DNA of 63,948 nt, the filler included. It is 6 parts of 6 records of this genome, joined end to end, with 100 filler letters (N's around TTAATTAATTAA, not from the genome) between each part and the next. Parts side by side here need not be neighbours in the genome. Positions count along the whole stretch, not along the records: positions 1 to 22,978 come from DRR723986_26598; 5 more parts are not named here. The stretch is one strand, 5' to 3'. The notes beneath the pieces were generated by a model that searched no databases, was not told the DNA's origin, and worked only from the letters and a program-made list of their open reading frames with translations. Position 1 is the first letter of the stretch. Every line of letters begins with the position of its first letter. A program made the position numbers and the translations under genes. Below are positions 9,901-19,679 of this stretch, piece after piece.

Positions 9901-12900
9901 GTTTAGGTCCCATTTCCGGATACTCAGACCATGCTCGCAAGTTATATGTGTGGTAGGTACCATTATGACCTCCGGCAGACAGTTCAAGACCGTCGTATGC
10001 ATCAGTTGTTTTACTGATAATCGGAGACCCCGTTGCCGGATCAAATGCCACATTTTCACTGCGACTCGCAATCCCATCTTTATACTGAGTTACAGCTTTC
10101 TGAATTACTGGATATCTAATGACTTTGGTTGAAACAATCTGATCAAACTCCATTCGGTCCTGGGAATATGTCATCCCCATCGTAAATGCAGGTGCGGGCG
10201 GCGGAATAATCGGGAGGTACTGGAAGGTAACATCCCCCTCCAGACTACCGTTTCTTGTATTGTCCCGCACCTTTCGGGCCTCTATCGCTACTTCCATTTC
10301 TTTCCCAGGCTGTTCATATCTGAACGGCCGATCAAGCCCGTAAAACATCGGGACCAACTCTCCTGGCTCGAAATATTCAAATTCTTGCCTGGACGATGGA
10401 AAGTGTGTTAATGGGTCATCAAATTTGCCACCAAAAGTCGTTAAAGATTTGACCTGACCATGCATTGAATTCAGAATAAATCGATAAGCCTGGCGTGCTT
10501 CAACTCCGACCCGGCTATCCTGAAACAACACGAGAGGCAAAGTCGCGCGTTCAGCTTTAATTGGGCGTCCTTCATACTTAATGGCTTCTTCACCCAGGTG
10601 TTTATAGTATCCGTCAAACGGAAATTCTTTAGCAGTGTGAAACTCCTGAACAGAAAACCCGGCGCTGTTTGGTCCATCGTGAATATTCTTGATTGTAACC
10701 TTTGAGTATCCAATCGAGGGCGCGGGAAGCAATGACTCTCCCAGAGGCCCCTCAAATTGATCCTTGTCTTCGCCCGCTGTTGCACGTTGATATGTTGTTT
10801 GTGGGAACCTCTTTTTGAGTGAGCGAACCAACGCATTTTCTTCGCGCATCGATCCTGGTTCATTCGTGGCTACTCCTGACGAAATTACCCTACTGGTTTC
10901 TTCATCAATCTTCTCAATTTTCGAATAAATATACTCGCTGCCATACAATCGTTCAGCTGCATTATTGTCCAGGGATCCCGGATCAAACATCAATAGACGT
11001 TTAACTCGCACGCCACCACCCTTTTTGGCAATAGTCAAAGGTACGCGGATATATGAGTGTGTAGGGTTAAACCGCCTGCAAGATTCGGCAGTTGAAGTAA
11101 GCCCTGAGAAGTTCAGGAATTGAGACGAGAAATGCATCATCGCCGGAATTGTCCCGAGACCCGGTCCAAAACTTTCAAATATTTGCTTGTTTAATTTTGC
11201 TTCTCTGGCACCCAATTTGGCGCTCTCGACCCAATCAATACAGACGTCGCGCGGAGCATCGGCCAACACAACGTACAGACGGCCATTTTCAATGTCGACC
11301 TCTTTAACCTTAGAATATCCTGTTAAGTACCCGTGGTCATATTCAGCCCCTTGAATTGTTGGCAGCTCGTCACCGTCGAACAGAGTATATAGAAACTTGA
11401 AGTAGAGTTCCTCACCACCCTGAACATACTCCGTCTCGATTTGAGATCGAATCCCCTTCAGATCTTCTGGGCTAATCTGACTACCAAATTCACGCTCAAA
11501 ATCCAGGTAGAACTTCGTTATGCCTTCAGCACTGTTGTCATGCCCTGCCGGGCTCTCGCCACTGTAATCATCAATTGGCACCAGGGACATTGCTCTTCTA
11601 TCTTGAACGTAGTTGTAGTCGTGTTGTTCGTATTGAACATGAATCTCACCACCTGATGGAAGTGCAATACGTTTCAAGTGCCAGGCCGCAGGATCAAAAG
11701 ACTTTAAGTCAGGATCCTGTTCTACGCCGACTCGCATATTTTGCTTCCGTTGAACGCCGTTGGCTGAGTAGTTACCCCAAGCATCACTGTTTGCATGATT
11801 GTATGATGGGTTTTGTTCCGCTGCTGAGAGCTCTTCAGCGAACTCCGTAATCTCTGGATACTTCAGCCGAATTGCACTACCATCCGCTCCATAATCATCT
11901 GGCTGTGCATACTCATAGTCAAAGCTATAAGGAGTAATTCCAACTTCCTGTACTCCATTGTGCTCAAACCATACCCGTTTTAATGTCAATCGCCCGCCAC
12001 CACCAGTTGAATTTGGTAACCCGGGAGATAACTGGCTCGAGGCACTGCCTTCATATTCAAAGTGGACCGTTCGTATCAGGGCATCATCGCCTTGCCCCAA
12101 TGCCTTTGAGTACAACTCAATTTTGGTAAGCTTCTTTAGTGTGTGGCTCCCTTGCACAGGATTTGACAAGTCGCTGTTAGAACTGGCGGCCGCTTCGTCA
12201 TGGCTAGCTGAAATACCGTCGGTTCGGTCTTCGGTATAAAACAGGGCATAATGTGAACGGGTTTCGACTTTATTGAGATAGAATATTTGTTTAAGCCCTG
12301 ATTGCACTGTTCCGGTGTTGTCGTCAGGCGCAGATATGTCCCCTGCATTGTATGCCAGGCCGTTGTATGGAACTCTCCACTTGTACCAGGTTCCGGTGTA
12401 CTCCGGTTCTTTCCCACCATATGTACCATGGATACGATCATATTCAAACTTTACCCAGGCACCAAGGTCTCCACCGTCTGGACCGTTTTGATCGAAATCA
12501 ATAAAGTCAGGGTTCAAGATTTCGGTTAGGAGGTATGAACTGGCGTATGGACGTGAAGCATACTCACCGGTGAAATATACTCGCTCATCTGGAACTTGTA
12601 AACCTGTCGATAACTTTGCCAAATCACCATTCTGATCGGGAACTATATCAATATCTTTGCCATGAATGTAGTTAAGACTTCGTTCTTCCTCTGAGTAACT
12701 CGGAAGCCCATAAATGTATCTGCTTCCTTCTGCATTTGTAATCGCGAATTCACCGACTCCGTTGCGACACCATGCTTGCAAAGATTGGTTAGGCTGACCA
12801 GTACGAACAAAGCCAAGTGCGCCGCCAGTACCTGTCCCTAATTCTTTATTGGTGTACCACTCAATATGTGAAGAACGCCCAGTCCGCTTTCCATCATTTG

Positions 12901-14443
12901 CAACACTACGCAAAGAGTTCGGGATTTTTGTATCTGAGATAAGTACGGGGTCATCACTTTGATCAAATACAATGCTGCCGCCCATGTCATTGTTAAACCG
13001 GGCAACCACCGGCTCCTCAACTGCTTCCAGCTGACTTTGAACTGGCTCCGTAGCAAAGCGATATGAACTATTCGCATCAAATGTTTCATCAAACTTTTCC
13101 GTGCTAAGGCTCTGAACGCCCACGCCAAGATCACCTCCGATCGACCAGGCGCCCATTGGGCTAAATCCCTCCTCTACCGCAAAATTCCCAATTGTAGTCG
13201 AACTACTATTCTCGTTTGAGTTTAACATCCCCACTTTTGAATGGTGGAATCTAAACCCACCGCCGAGCCCTTCGCCTGTCAATGAGAAATTATCGGCACT
13301 TAAAAACGGCAAAGAAAGAAATTTATCTCGTACGGTGTAGGGTGCATCCTTCTCTACAAAATAATCCCCAACTGTTCCACTAAAATCGGTGCGTTTCCCC
13401 AAATTTAAATAGCCATACGCTTTTGATGTCTTTCCTTCGGGCTCTCCGCTATGCTGGATGTTAAACGACCCAGAACCCTGACCCTGTAAACCCACGAACG
13501 GCACAGTCATTAACTGGGTACCGTATGAGATATTAAAGGCCATCCCGTTCTCGTATCCGGTAGAGTTTTGTGGACGCGGAGTACCAGCAAACTCCTGCAG
13601 GCCATAAAAATTCACCAATCTATCAGCCGATTGAAACAGGCCGGAACTAGCGGCCATACCAGCCCTTCTCAGTGATCCGGCAACTACACTGCGCTTGGAT
13701 GTAGCGATAATTTCGTCGTAGTAGCTATCTTTTTTCCCGAACAGGCCATCGTTAATATACTTAACAACGTACTTCGACAGAAAACCCGCCGGTGTGATGT
13801 TCTTCTGATAATATGATGTACCATCTGAATGTGTATACCCATAGTTTGCCAGGCCTGCAACGTTGATACTAAAACCAGCCGAATATCCAAACCCCTTGTA
13901 ACTGTTTAGTCGGATGCTATACCGTCCACCAACATTTGTAGCTGATGTTAAGTCCTGCAACCATTCCTGGTCAAAGTCTGAGCTGGCTAATTCAAGATTG
14001 AGCATTAAGCCCGCAGTTATAGTCCAGTTTGGCTTTACATGGTTATAGTGTACAACTTCATCCCTTAAACTTGGGCTCGATTCGTCACCTAAATAGTCGT
14101 CCGGCAAACCACGCTTGTTTCTAACAATTGCCCCGGGGTTTAAGCTCCAGCCGTAACCGACCCAAGAGGCTTCGCCCTCCGGTTGGACGCCACTGTGATA
14201 TGAGAGGGACAGGGCATAACCACCACCATTCGCACCAGGAATGTTAATTACCGGCAAATTGTAGGTAAAGGAGCCTGTGAAAGGGCTTACCATGTTTGTA
14301 GTCGCAACAGGCTCAAAGCCAGTGTACTCGGGCTGAACCGGGCCACTTGTAAGTGCGAGCACCGATACCGGCGCCACGAACTGTGCAAGCATCACTACGA
14401 TTACTACTATCGAGGTCAATTTTAGATGGTTTGAGGTTTGCAT
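6992..14443 (-). CDS. Giant exported SpvB/TcB-like YD-repeat protein (2483 aa)
   Basis: Signal peptide. The N-terminal FTGSFTYNLPVINIPGANGGGYALSLSYHSG...SWVGYGWSLNPGAIVRNKRGLPDD resembles the SpvB/TcB N-terminal motif. YD-shell motifs LKRIALPSGGEIHVQYE, GGGVRVKRL and IGYSKVTI occur internally, and TWVYDPFNYQVVAVFDDQHFGSFYQYNGKGQLIR near the C-terminus. Confidence 0.88.
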   Translation of the reverse strand: MQTSNHLKLTSIVVIVVMLAQFVAPVSVLALTSGPVQPEYTGFEPVATTNMVSPFTGSFTYNLPVINIPGANGGGYALSLSYHSGVQPEGEASWVGYGWSLNPGAIVRNKRGLPDDYLGDESSPSLRDEVVHYNHVKPNWTITAGLMLNLELASSDFDQEWLQDLTSATNVGGRYSIRLNSYKGFGYSAGFSINVAGLANYGYTHSDGTSYYQKNITPAGFLSKYVVKYINDGLFGKKDSYYDEIIATSKRSVVAGSLRRAGMAASSGLFQSADRLVNFYGLQEFAGTPRPQNSTGYENGMAFNISYGTQLMTVPFVGLQGQGSGSFNIQHSGEPEGKTSKAYGYLNLGKRTDFSGTVGDYFVEKDAPYTVRDKFLSLPFLSADNFSLTGEGLGGGFRFHHSKVGMLNSNENSSSTTIGNFAVEEGFSPMGAWSIGGDLGVGVQSLSTEKFDETFDANSSYRFATEPVQSQLEAVEEPVVARFNNDMGGSIVFDQSDDPVLISDTKIPNSLRSVANDGKRTGRSSHIEWYTNKELGTGTGGALGFVRTGQPNQSLQAWCRNGVGEFAITNAEGSRYIYGLPSYSEEERSLNYIHGKDIDIVPDQNGDLAKLSTGLQVPDERVYFTGEYASRPYASSYLLTEILNPDFIDFDQNGPDGGDLGAWVKFEYDRIHGTYGGKEPEYTGTWYKWRVPYNGLAYNAGDISAPDDNTGTVQSGLKQIFYLNKVETRSHYALFYTEDRTDGISASHDEAAASSNSDLSNPVQGSHTLKKLTKIELYSKALGQGDDALIRTVHFEYEGSASSQLSPGLPNSTGGGGRLTLKRVWFEHNGVQEVGITPYSFDYEYAQPDDYGADGSAIRLKYPEITEFAEELSAAEQNPSYNHANSDAWGNYSANGVQRKQNMRVGVEQDPDLKSFDPAAWHLKRIALPSGGEIHVQYEQHDYNYVQDRRAMSLVPIDDYSGESPAGHDNSAEGITKFYLDFEREFGSQISPEDLKGIRSQIETEYVQGGEELYFKFLYTLFDGDELPTIQGAEYDHGYLTGYSKVKEVDIENGRLYVVLADAPRDVCIDWVESAKLGAREAKLNKQIFESFGPGLGTIPAMMHFSSQFLNFSGLTSTAESCRRFNPTHSYIRVPLTIAKKGGGVRVKRLLMFDPGSLDNNAAERLYGSEYIYSKIEKIDEETSRVISSGVATNEPGSMREENALVRSLKKRFPQTTYQRATAGEDKDQFEGPLGESLLPAPSIGYSKVTIKNIHDGPNSAGFSVQEFHTAKEFPFDGYYKHLGEEAIKYEGRPIKAERATLPLVLFQDSRVGVEARQAYRFILNSMHGQVKSLTTFGGKFDDPLTHFPSSRQEFEYFEPGELVPMFYGLDRPFRYEQPGKEMEVAIEARKVRDNTRNGSLEGDVTFQYLPIIPPPAPAFTMGMTYSQDRMEFDQIVSTKVIRYPVIQKAVTQYKDGIASRSENVAFDPATGSPIISKTTDAYDGLELSAGGHNGTYHTYNLRAWSEYPEMGPKLGRYHNTLLLEETGTANPALLTGKMQNTVHIDVNTGITSTTRALKLSNGSAELRAEGQSKFREGYLIELTYLNDITEELLVSEVIGPSGGIITIDLEDTDNTIPAAGTTDVKKIRILNVDRVNNLTANYATFTTYGEDKSSSLAWSAELYRRQSIADILNNQLPHGKDMTLEHWQMPPGGIRIDKELFHEDSIGINDSRWEGEYGILFDIDENDPTKMTVDSRRQVCGWQDDPHPAVDHLNAILNNSWGRAAASDVMGTQTSNVCGTVVHEINADLTNSSVQSLQNDIQANWADDLKNHLTGICVKGTPSGTKQLEDLEIEFSNSLGPAPFDDDQAVFHELTSYSDIQVLSSMALRYGSANTPLLRMYAHSGSGTAQNCLLEWGFIPDTDGNLAALSANVGGMAGFQGTTTATYQQLFDVNQSSNSFVSDNVGRFEMLNSGQLAFRLLLENDLGESNVLHRYNLSFTKYLNETTLADNHSGMTQTITRRSTGPGHFEIDDDGQLVYYSHGDSAPINISALEFVNDEVEFPSALRNAGPASYAGTVVAASAMTYSDDWGNFMETHSGIFYSDNVFDTGQRGRWRPHETWVYRAPTINVNMAGDVHTSGTRTWNTGMYDNFHPFEPPNSSVNIANGWLKLNTVMDYSSNGEALEEVNILGIPSAAQFGYDEMLPVLLAQNARNADCHFNSFEDHGFVTSNFGLKPGTAHAGNWSWNLSDLPYTVYSYPIDQRLNERGFLVRFWALDSEYESLDGLAAGELVITGGSTISLTNLSEIARTGEWALYETRLEPGTALGVTLPTTANIKVDIPGNRTVLMDDIRVQPLDAEMSTWVYDPFNYQVVAVFDDQHFGSFYQYNGKGQLIRQVRETERGLMTISESHYHTPKQDRGAGFAGMLIDQGQPLLDPSLQAHPGLGTKNWKQQPQRGQRSGGSDFDFNRTFSLPDSLIPFNVQEIEGADDSQTDSLKSRKGL

Positions 14444-14550
14444 GATCTCTATATATCCAAACAGATTAATTAATAGTTCATCACCAGAAGCGCCAACACG
14501 CTAAGCCCAGTAGTTTACCAAATCACAAAACAAATCCGTAACACCACTAC

Positions 14551-15210
14551 TTAAGGAGAAGTGTTAATATCAAATGGAAACTTGGGGACAGAGTTTATGT
14601 TTTCACGCTTTATGCGAAAATGATGTATCCCCGATCCAAAGACCTCATCATTAAATACGAAGTCCAGATCATGTTCGCCTTCACTAACCAGATCAGCACT
14701 AAATATTGCTACTGCCACTCGCCTATCAGCGATTCCATAAGTATTGTCAAAACTAGAGATAAGGGGATTAGCGGCTTCATCTCCGACCCGTAACTCCAGC
14801 AATTGCTCCAAACCAAAATTGAGCATCTTCACGCGTTCAGAGTATTCATTGTACGACATTACATCTTTATAGATCACATCACCTTCCGCAGACTCTAGGT
14901 CCACCGTAAATGATAGTTCGACAGCAATATGATTGCTGTAGCTCTCGCTCAATTGTTCGTACTTTGTTAATGAATAGTCATCCCATGCACGCATTTCCCG
15001 ATGAATTACGACATCAATGGGCAAGTACTGCAACGTCATTTGAAGTCCGTCCGATTTGTGTGTACGGTTAAGATTGCTCTCTGCGGAACGCATCCATTCC
15101 TCGTACTCTCCAGGGCTTTCTGGATCATTGTTAGCGTATAATAATGCGACGATTAACACGCACACGCATAGTACCGATGTTGAAACGACCGTTTTTTTCA
15201 TACTGCTCAC
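14551..15210 (-). CDS. Membrane-anchored/exported hypothetical protein (219 aa)
   Basis: N-terminal hydrophobic segment; starts 1 nt after the stop of the OmpH-like gene (translational coupling). Confidence 0.8.
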   Translation of the reverse strand: MSSMKKTVVSTSVLCVCVLIVALLYANNDPESPGEYEEWMRSAESNLNRTHKSDGLQMTLQYLPIDVVIHREMRAWDDYSLTKYEQLSESYSNHIAVELSFTVDLESAEGDVIYKDVMSYNEYSERVKMLNFGLEQLLELRVGDEAANPLISSFDNTYGIADRRVAVAIFSADLVSEGEHDLDFVFNDEVFGSGIHHFRIKRENINSVPKFPFDINTSP

Positions 15211-15211
15211 T

Positions 15212-15760
15212 TTACTGAAGCATATCTTGATAATCTCTGTTAATTAAGTCTATAATTTCGTCAGTAACATCCTGGGCGTCGGCTCCATAGAGGATGCTAC
15301 CTTCAGAGGTCGTTCCAATGATATAACTGTACCCATTCACTTCTCCATATTCTTTGGCGACACGGTTAATGCGGTCCAACACAGCAGAAACGGCGTTCTC
15401 ATGATCTCTATGCATATTTTCTTCGGCTTTGCGAACATGATTAACCAAGTGCAGTTTACGCTGGTGCAATTCTTCGGATGCGGCTTTACCGGCTGACGAG
15501 TTGTCATTGTTTACCGTACTCGCATTTTGGACATCACTTCTGATTGCGCTCTGTGCCTCGTTGACGTCCTGCTTGATGGCATTGCTTTTCTTTTCGAAAA
15601 TGTCAATCGCTTCCTGCATTGCCTTATTTTCCTGAATCAGGCGCGCTGAATTAACAAAACCGATTTTGTTTGTGTTTTTGACTACAACGAAATGGTAGGC
15701 AGCCAAAAACAGCATAACTATAAAGCACATCGCAAAAAGCTGCTGAAGTTTAGAACTCAT
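15212..15760 (-). CDS. OmpH/Skp family chaperone-like protein
   Basis: KIGFVNSARLI, a central coiled coil, and INRVAKEYGEVNGYSYII...ILYGADAQDVTDEIIDLIN are characteristic of OmpH/Skp. Likely ATG at 15760; the track extends to 15808. Confidence 0.85.
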   Translation of the reverse strand: MSSKLQQLFAMCFIVMLFLAAYHFVVVKNTNKIGFVNSARLIQENKAMQEAIDIFEKKSNAIKQDVNEAQSAIRSDVQNASTVNNDNSSAGKAASEELHQRKLHLVNHVRKAEENMHRDHENAVSAVLDRINRVAKEYGEVNGYSYIIGTTSEGSILYGADAQDVTDEIIDLINRDYQDMLQ

Positions 15761-15813
15761 GGGTTTGTCTTCCAATTGGGTTAAGAATGAGGCGTGTGAG
15801 TTTAACAATTAGC

Positions 15814-16494
15814 TTACGGCAGTTCATTACAGGCCTCAACACATGCACTGGTTCCTGGAACCGTTCTTACTCCCCCAGTGCAATCATACGCAACTGCCTT
15901 ACTTACCAAAGTTGCGGACCGTCCAACGGGATTAGAACTATAGGTAACATCATACTCCTCCATACAGCACTGATCCTGCCAACAGCCGATGTATTGAATC
16001 GGACAATCAACCTGAATCAACTCGGTCCAGCAACTCGAACGGACAACCCGGTACCGCTGTGTAGACGGCGTACTATAGACCGATTTAGGCGGCAAAGACA
16101 TAGGGTTTTCAATTAACAGCTCTTTCAGAACATAAGTTATACCCGCAACCATCGTCTGGCCCGCCATAAAGGCCTCGGCAGTTTGGTCAGCAGGAATTAT
16201 CCATTCCAGAAACACATCAAACTGCCCACTTCCGGGATCGTATCGGGTACGGTACTTTACCACCAGTTTTCCGGATGTAGGTGACTCCAAAGTATGATAT
16301 TTGGGAGTGGACCACACCGCATCTATAGATTCACCAGCAATCGGACATGGTGCTGGATCTTGAATTTGAGCGTTAATCGTTCCAGCACAAAACATCAGCA
16401 AGCATATGCCAAACATCTTTAGCACAAGGCCTTGCCTGCTACGTCGGAGTTTGCGTACCACTGCCTGTAGACGGTTTGTCTTTGGTAAACACAT
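15814..16494 (-). CDS. Secreted cysteine-rich protein A
   Basis: Signal-peptide-like segment; SSCW...C...GCWQDQCC...C...CVEAC pattern. Confidence 0.8.
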   Translation of the reverse strand: MCLPKTNRLQAVVRKLRRSRQGLVLKMFGICLLMFCAGTINAQIQDPAPCPIAGESIDAVWSTPKYHTLESPTSGKLVVKYRTRYDPGSGQFDVFLEWIIPADQTAEAFMAGQTMVAGITYVLKELLIENPMSLPPKSVYSTPSTQRYRVVRSSCWTELIQVDCPIQYIGCWQDQCCMEEYDVTYSSNPVGRSATLVSKAVAYDCTGGVRTVPGTSACVEACNELP

Positions 16495-16656
16495 AATTTT
16501 TGCACCTGCTAATTTCCGTTAACACCATATGACATAGTCGAATACTCTGGTAACAGACACCTTTGAATGTTATTCTTAAACATCTCTCAGATATCTCCAA
16601 TCACCCTTTGTGAGAACCATTAACTCCACAGACTTAGCCACATTCATCTCAATTAA

Positions 16657-17349
16657 TTAGTATGAACAACATGCGTCTTCACATTGAGGGTCACTGCTGG
16701 GGACTCCAACATTGTAGATATCACAACTAACTTCTTCGGATATTCCGCGGTGCTGAAGCCTCAATTTGATCACATTGTAATTCACAATTTTGAGACAAAA
16801 TATTGACAAGCAACACACTGAACTTTCGCATGGAACATATTCAACGTAACACCCATCGTTGTACACAACATCACGCTTCCAACAAGAGTTATGCTTAATA
16901 AATACTCTATTTCCATTTGGTGGGGGGCCGCACATATTGAGATTTTCAATTTCAGGAATATTATTTCCCAAAAATTCCATCTTTATCTCAAATAGCACCA
17001 GGCACATGGATTTATTGGCATAGGGATCAACACCTAACGATCCTGGAAACGAGATCTTCTCAAAATGAAATACGATCGAACTTTCGGCGCTCCACCACTT
17101 ATATCCAGGGCAAAACTCCTGACGATATTGTACCGTAACTGGTACTCCATCAGCTAAGTGAAATGTTGCTGTTTTTGACTCTCCTTCATTTGGACAGTTA
17201 CAGAAATGGCCATATTCCTGTGGGGACTGCGCCACAAATTGAAACGCATCTGACTGCGCCGAGACTGATACGTTAAGTCCCAACAATGCCATTGTTAATG
17301 CAATCCCAAAAACCCACCAATTTACTGTGGGAGAGTCAATCTTAAACAT
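16657..17349 (-). CDS. Secreted cysteine-rich protein B (paralog of A)
   Basis: Signal peptide ending VSA-Q; NSCW...C...PCESSVCC...C...CEDAC pattern. Confidence 0.8.
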   Translation of the reverse strand: MFKIDSPTVNWWVFGIALTMALLGLNVSVSAQSDAFQFVAQSPQEYGHFCNCPNEGESKTATFHLADGVPVTVQYRQEFCPGYKWWSAESSIVFHFEKISFPGSLGVDPYANKSMCLVLFEIKMEFLGNNIPEIENLNMCGPPPNGNRVFIKHNSCWKRDVVYNDGCYVEYVPCESSVCCLSIFCLKIVNYNVIKLRLQHRGISEEVSCDIYNVGVPSSDPQCEDACCSY

Positions 17350-17363
17350 ATTCTTACACCCAA

Positions 17364-19658
17364 TTACTTGTTGTATACCACTGGTATTTGAATTTGAGAG
17401 TTACCGTCAGAAACAATGATATAGTAAGCTCCTGTGGCCAAGTTTTCGGAAGATTCGACATCGTCCTCATTAAATTCGAGCAGATGTTTACCGTGGCTCA
17501 ATTGGCCCGAAAATATGTCTGCAACCTTTGTGAAATTAACACTGTACAGATGCACATGGACATACGCGGACTTTGACATTGTGAGGCTAACCGTAAGCTT
17601 ATCGAAAAATGGGTTGGGCCTTACTTCAGCTTGTATTGTATTCGCCTTAAATACATCATCCACAGCATCTGATAGTTCAACGCTGCTGTTGATTTCCGGC
17701 TTAAGAATAGTGCGATCCTGTTTGGCTCCTGCTTGCCCGGTCACACTTATCGAATCAATCCGTGACTCTTTTCCAAACCCTATATGGAAGACGGGCGGCC
17801 CTTGCATTAAGAAGCCGTGGCAGGATTTAAGGAGGGAGCTGTACTGCTTGCCTCCAACATGCACACTCGCAATCTCACCGGTAGCCACACTCGCATCCTT
17901 ACTGGCATCAAGCTGAATGTAGTTGTTATTGTTTACAATTGAATTGTAGTAAATAGCAAACATACCATCGAAGAATGTCACCAGGTCAATCTTCCCATCG
18001 TTGTTAAAATCCGCCAAAACACCGTCATTACCGCCGGTCAAATCCCATAGTCCAGATTCATACGTTTCATCGTGGAAAGTACCAGACCTGGAACCCATCA
18101 TGACCTGTGCTGCACTGCAGGCATTTCCACCAAAGAGTATTGCATCCATGAATCCGTCATTGTCGATATCCCCAAGAACCGTCCCTCCTCGATAGATTGA
18201 CGCTGGAACGCCGACTCGGTAACTGGTCGAACTGTTCTTTACGAGTGCGTGGTGTTCAAATGCGTCAACACTTGCACTAGAATGATCAATTGCCTTGATA
18301 TTATTGGATGAGAAAGTTGAAGCAATTAGCAGGTCACCAGGTTGGCTAACTGCCACATCCATCCCCTGTCTTTTAACATCTGACGGAATTCCACCATGTG
18401 GATCAATCATATTCACAAAATATTTGCTCACTGATTCAGGTATGAATTTCTGATTGCTGTTCACGTATGCGCGCGCAGCCATTTCGTCACCTCCATAACT
18501 AACCAGAAGGTCAACCTTGCTGTCATTGTTGATATCGACTGAAGATATAGAAACGGGATTCAGAAAGGTGATACCATTTACGTCTGAAACTTCAATGGGA
18601 TCCTGGTAAGATTTATTCCCGTCATTGAATAAGACTATAATCTGTCTATCCGTAGATTCACTGTCAGATTCAATCACTGCAAGATCTTCGAAGGAATCTC
18701 CATTAAAATCGGACATAGCAACTGAAGTAGGGTTGTCAATCTGTAAGGACATCAAGGGCTGCGGATTAAACAACAGGCTACCCGAATTTATGTAAAGAGT
18801 GTCAACCCCAGGGTAGAAAGCAATTATATCTACCAGACCATCCAAATCGATATCAGTAAAAAAGTGTGCTTTGGCATGCTGCAGACCACTGGGAAAGTTT
18901 TGCACCTCGCTGAAATCATTTCCTGCATTATTCATGTAAAGACGCCCACCCACAAGAATATCAAGCCACTCGTCATCATTAACATCGTAGCATGCAATAT
19001 TATCACCGGCGATGTTTTCAGGCAGCCCAACAAGACTTGTAACATCCCTAAAATAGAAACCCGAAGAGTCTAGAGATACATTCTGAACGATATTTAGTGA
19101 AAACTTGAAAGCGTGATTGTTATGAACCCAGTCCCTTTTGCGATGCTTAATATATTGGAATGTGTACACCATTCCATCGTCATTAGTGCATGTCGCTTCA
19201 TAGTCTTCAGAATCCATCAGAATTCTAAAGTCATGCGACATATTAGAGATGACAAGAAACACCTGGCGCTGATTCAAAAACAGATCTTGCTCTAAGTCAA
19301 TTTGGAGAATATCGCGCCCCAATTTTACCGATTCTAAATACCCTTTGGAAATTGGAGTATTTGCTAAATTCGGAAGCATATGACCAGTGGAACCACCATA
19401 GATGCTATACTCAGCTTTTGCGCCAACTTTGTCACAATCAACTTCAATAGATATTCCTTTTAAGGTGGACGGTGCATCAAGGTTAAATCGAGCAGCAACC
19501 ATTTCCACCGAGCGGTCGTTTAATACTTTCTCACGCGAGTTAAATTCATAATGTCGCAGTGTCTGAAAGTCAAATCTATCGGCCGCTATACAGACCAATG
19601 AACCTGCGAACACAAGAATTACAATAATGCCGAAATGTATTTTCTTACTGTTTGTCAT
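17364..19658 (-). CDS. FG-GAP/VCBS repeat protein with ASPIC/UnbV-like domain and T9SS type A C-terminal sorting domain
   Basis: Repeated DxNxDGxxD motifs (DVNDDEWLD, DIDLDGLVD, DFNGDSFED, DINNDSKVD, DIDNDGFMD, DFNNDGKID); GFLMQGPPVFHIGFG (ASPIC-like); C-terminal VRPNPF...LATGAYYI (CTD). Confidence 0.88.
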   Translation of the reverse strand: MTNSKKIHFGIIVILVFAGSLVCIAADRFDFQTLRHYEFNSREKVLNDRSVEMVAARFNLDAPSTLKGISIEVDCDKVGAKAEYSIYGGSTGHMLPNLANTPISKGYLESVKLGRDILQIDLEQDLFLNQRQVFLVISNMSHDFRILMDSEDYEATCTNDDGMVYTFQYIKHRKRDWVHNNHAFKFSLNIVQNVSLDSSGFYFRDVTSLVGLPENIAGDNIACYDVNDDEWLDILVGGRLYMNNAGNDFSEVQNFPSGLQHAKAHFFTDIDLDGLVDIIAFYPGVDTLYINSGSLLFNPQPLMSLQIDNPTSVAMSDFNGDSFEDLAVIESDSESTDRQIIVLFNDGNKSYQDPIEVSDVNGITFLNPVSISSVDINNDSKVDLLVSYGGDEMAARAYVNSNQKFIPESVSKYFVNMIDPHGGIPSDVKRQGMDVAVSQPGDLLIASTFSSNNIKAIDHSSASVDAFEHHALVKNSSTSYRVGVPASIYRGGTVLGDIDNDGFMDAILFGGNACSAAQVMMGSRSGTFHDETYESGLWDLTGGNDGVLADFNNDGKIDLVTFFDGMFAIYYNSIVNNNNYIQLDASKDASVATGEIASVHVGGKQYSSLLKSCHGFLMQGPPVFHIGFGKESRIDSISVTGQAGAKQDRTILKPEINSSVELSDAVDDVFKANTIQAEVRPNPFFDKLTVSLTMSKSAYVHVHLYSVNFTKVADIFSGQLSHGKHLLEFNEDDVESSENLATGAYYIIVSDGNSQIQIPVVYNK

Positions 19659-19679
19659 ATCGTAAACTCAAATTGTACT

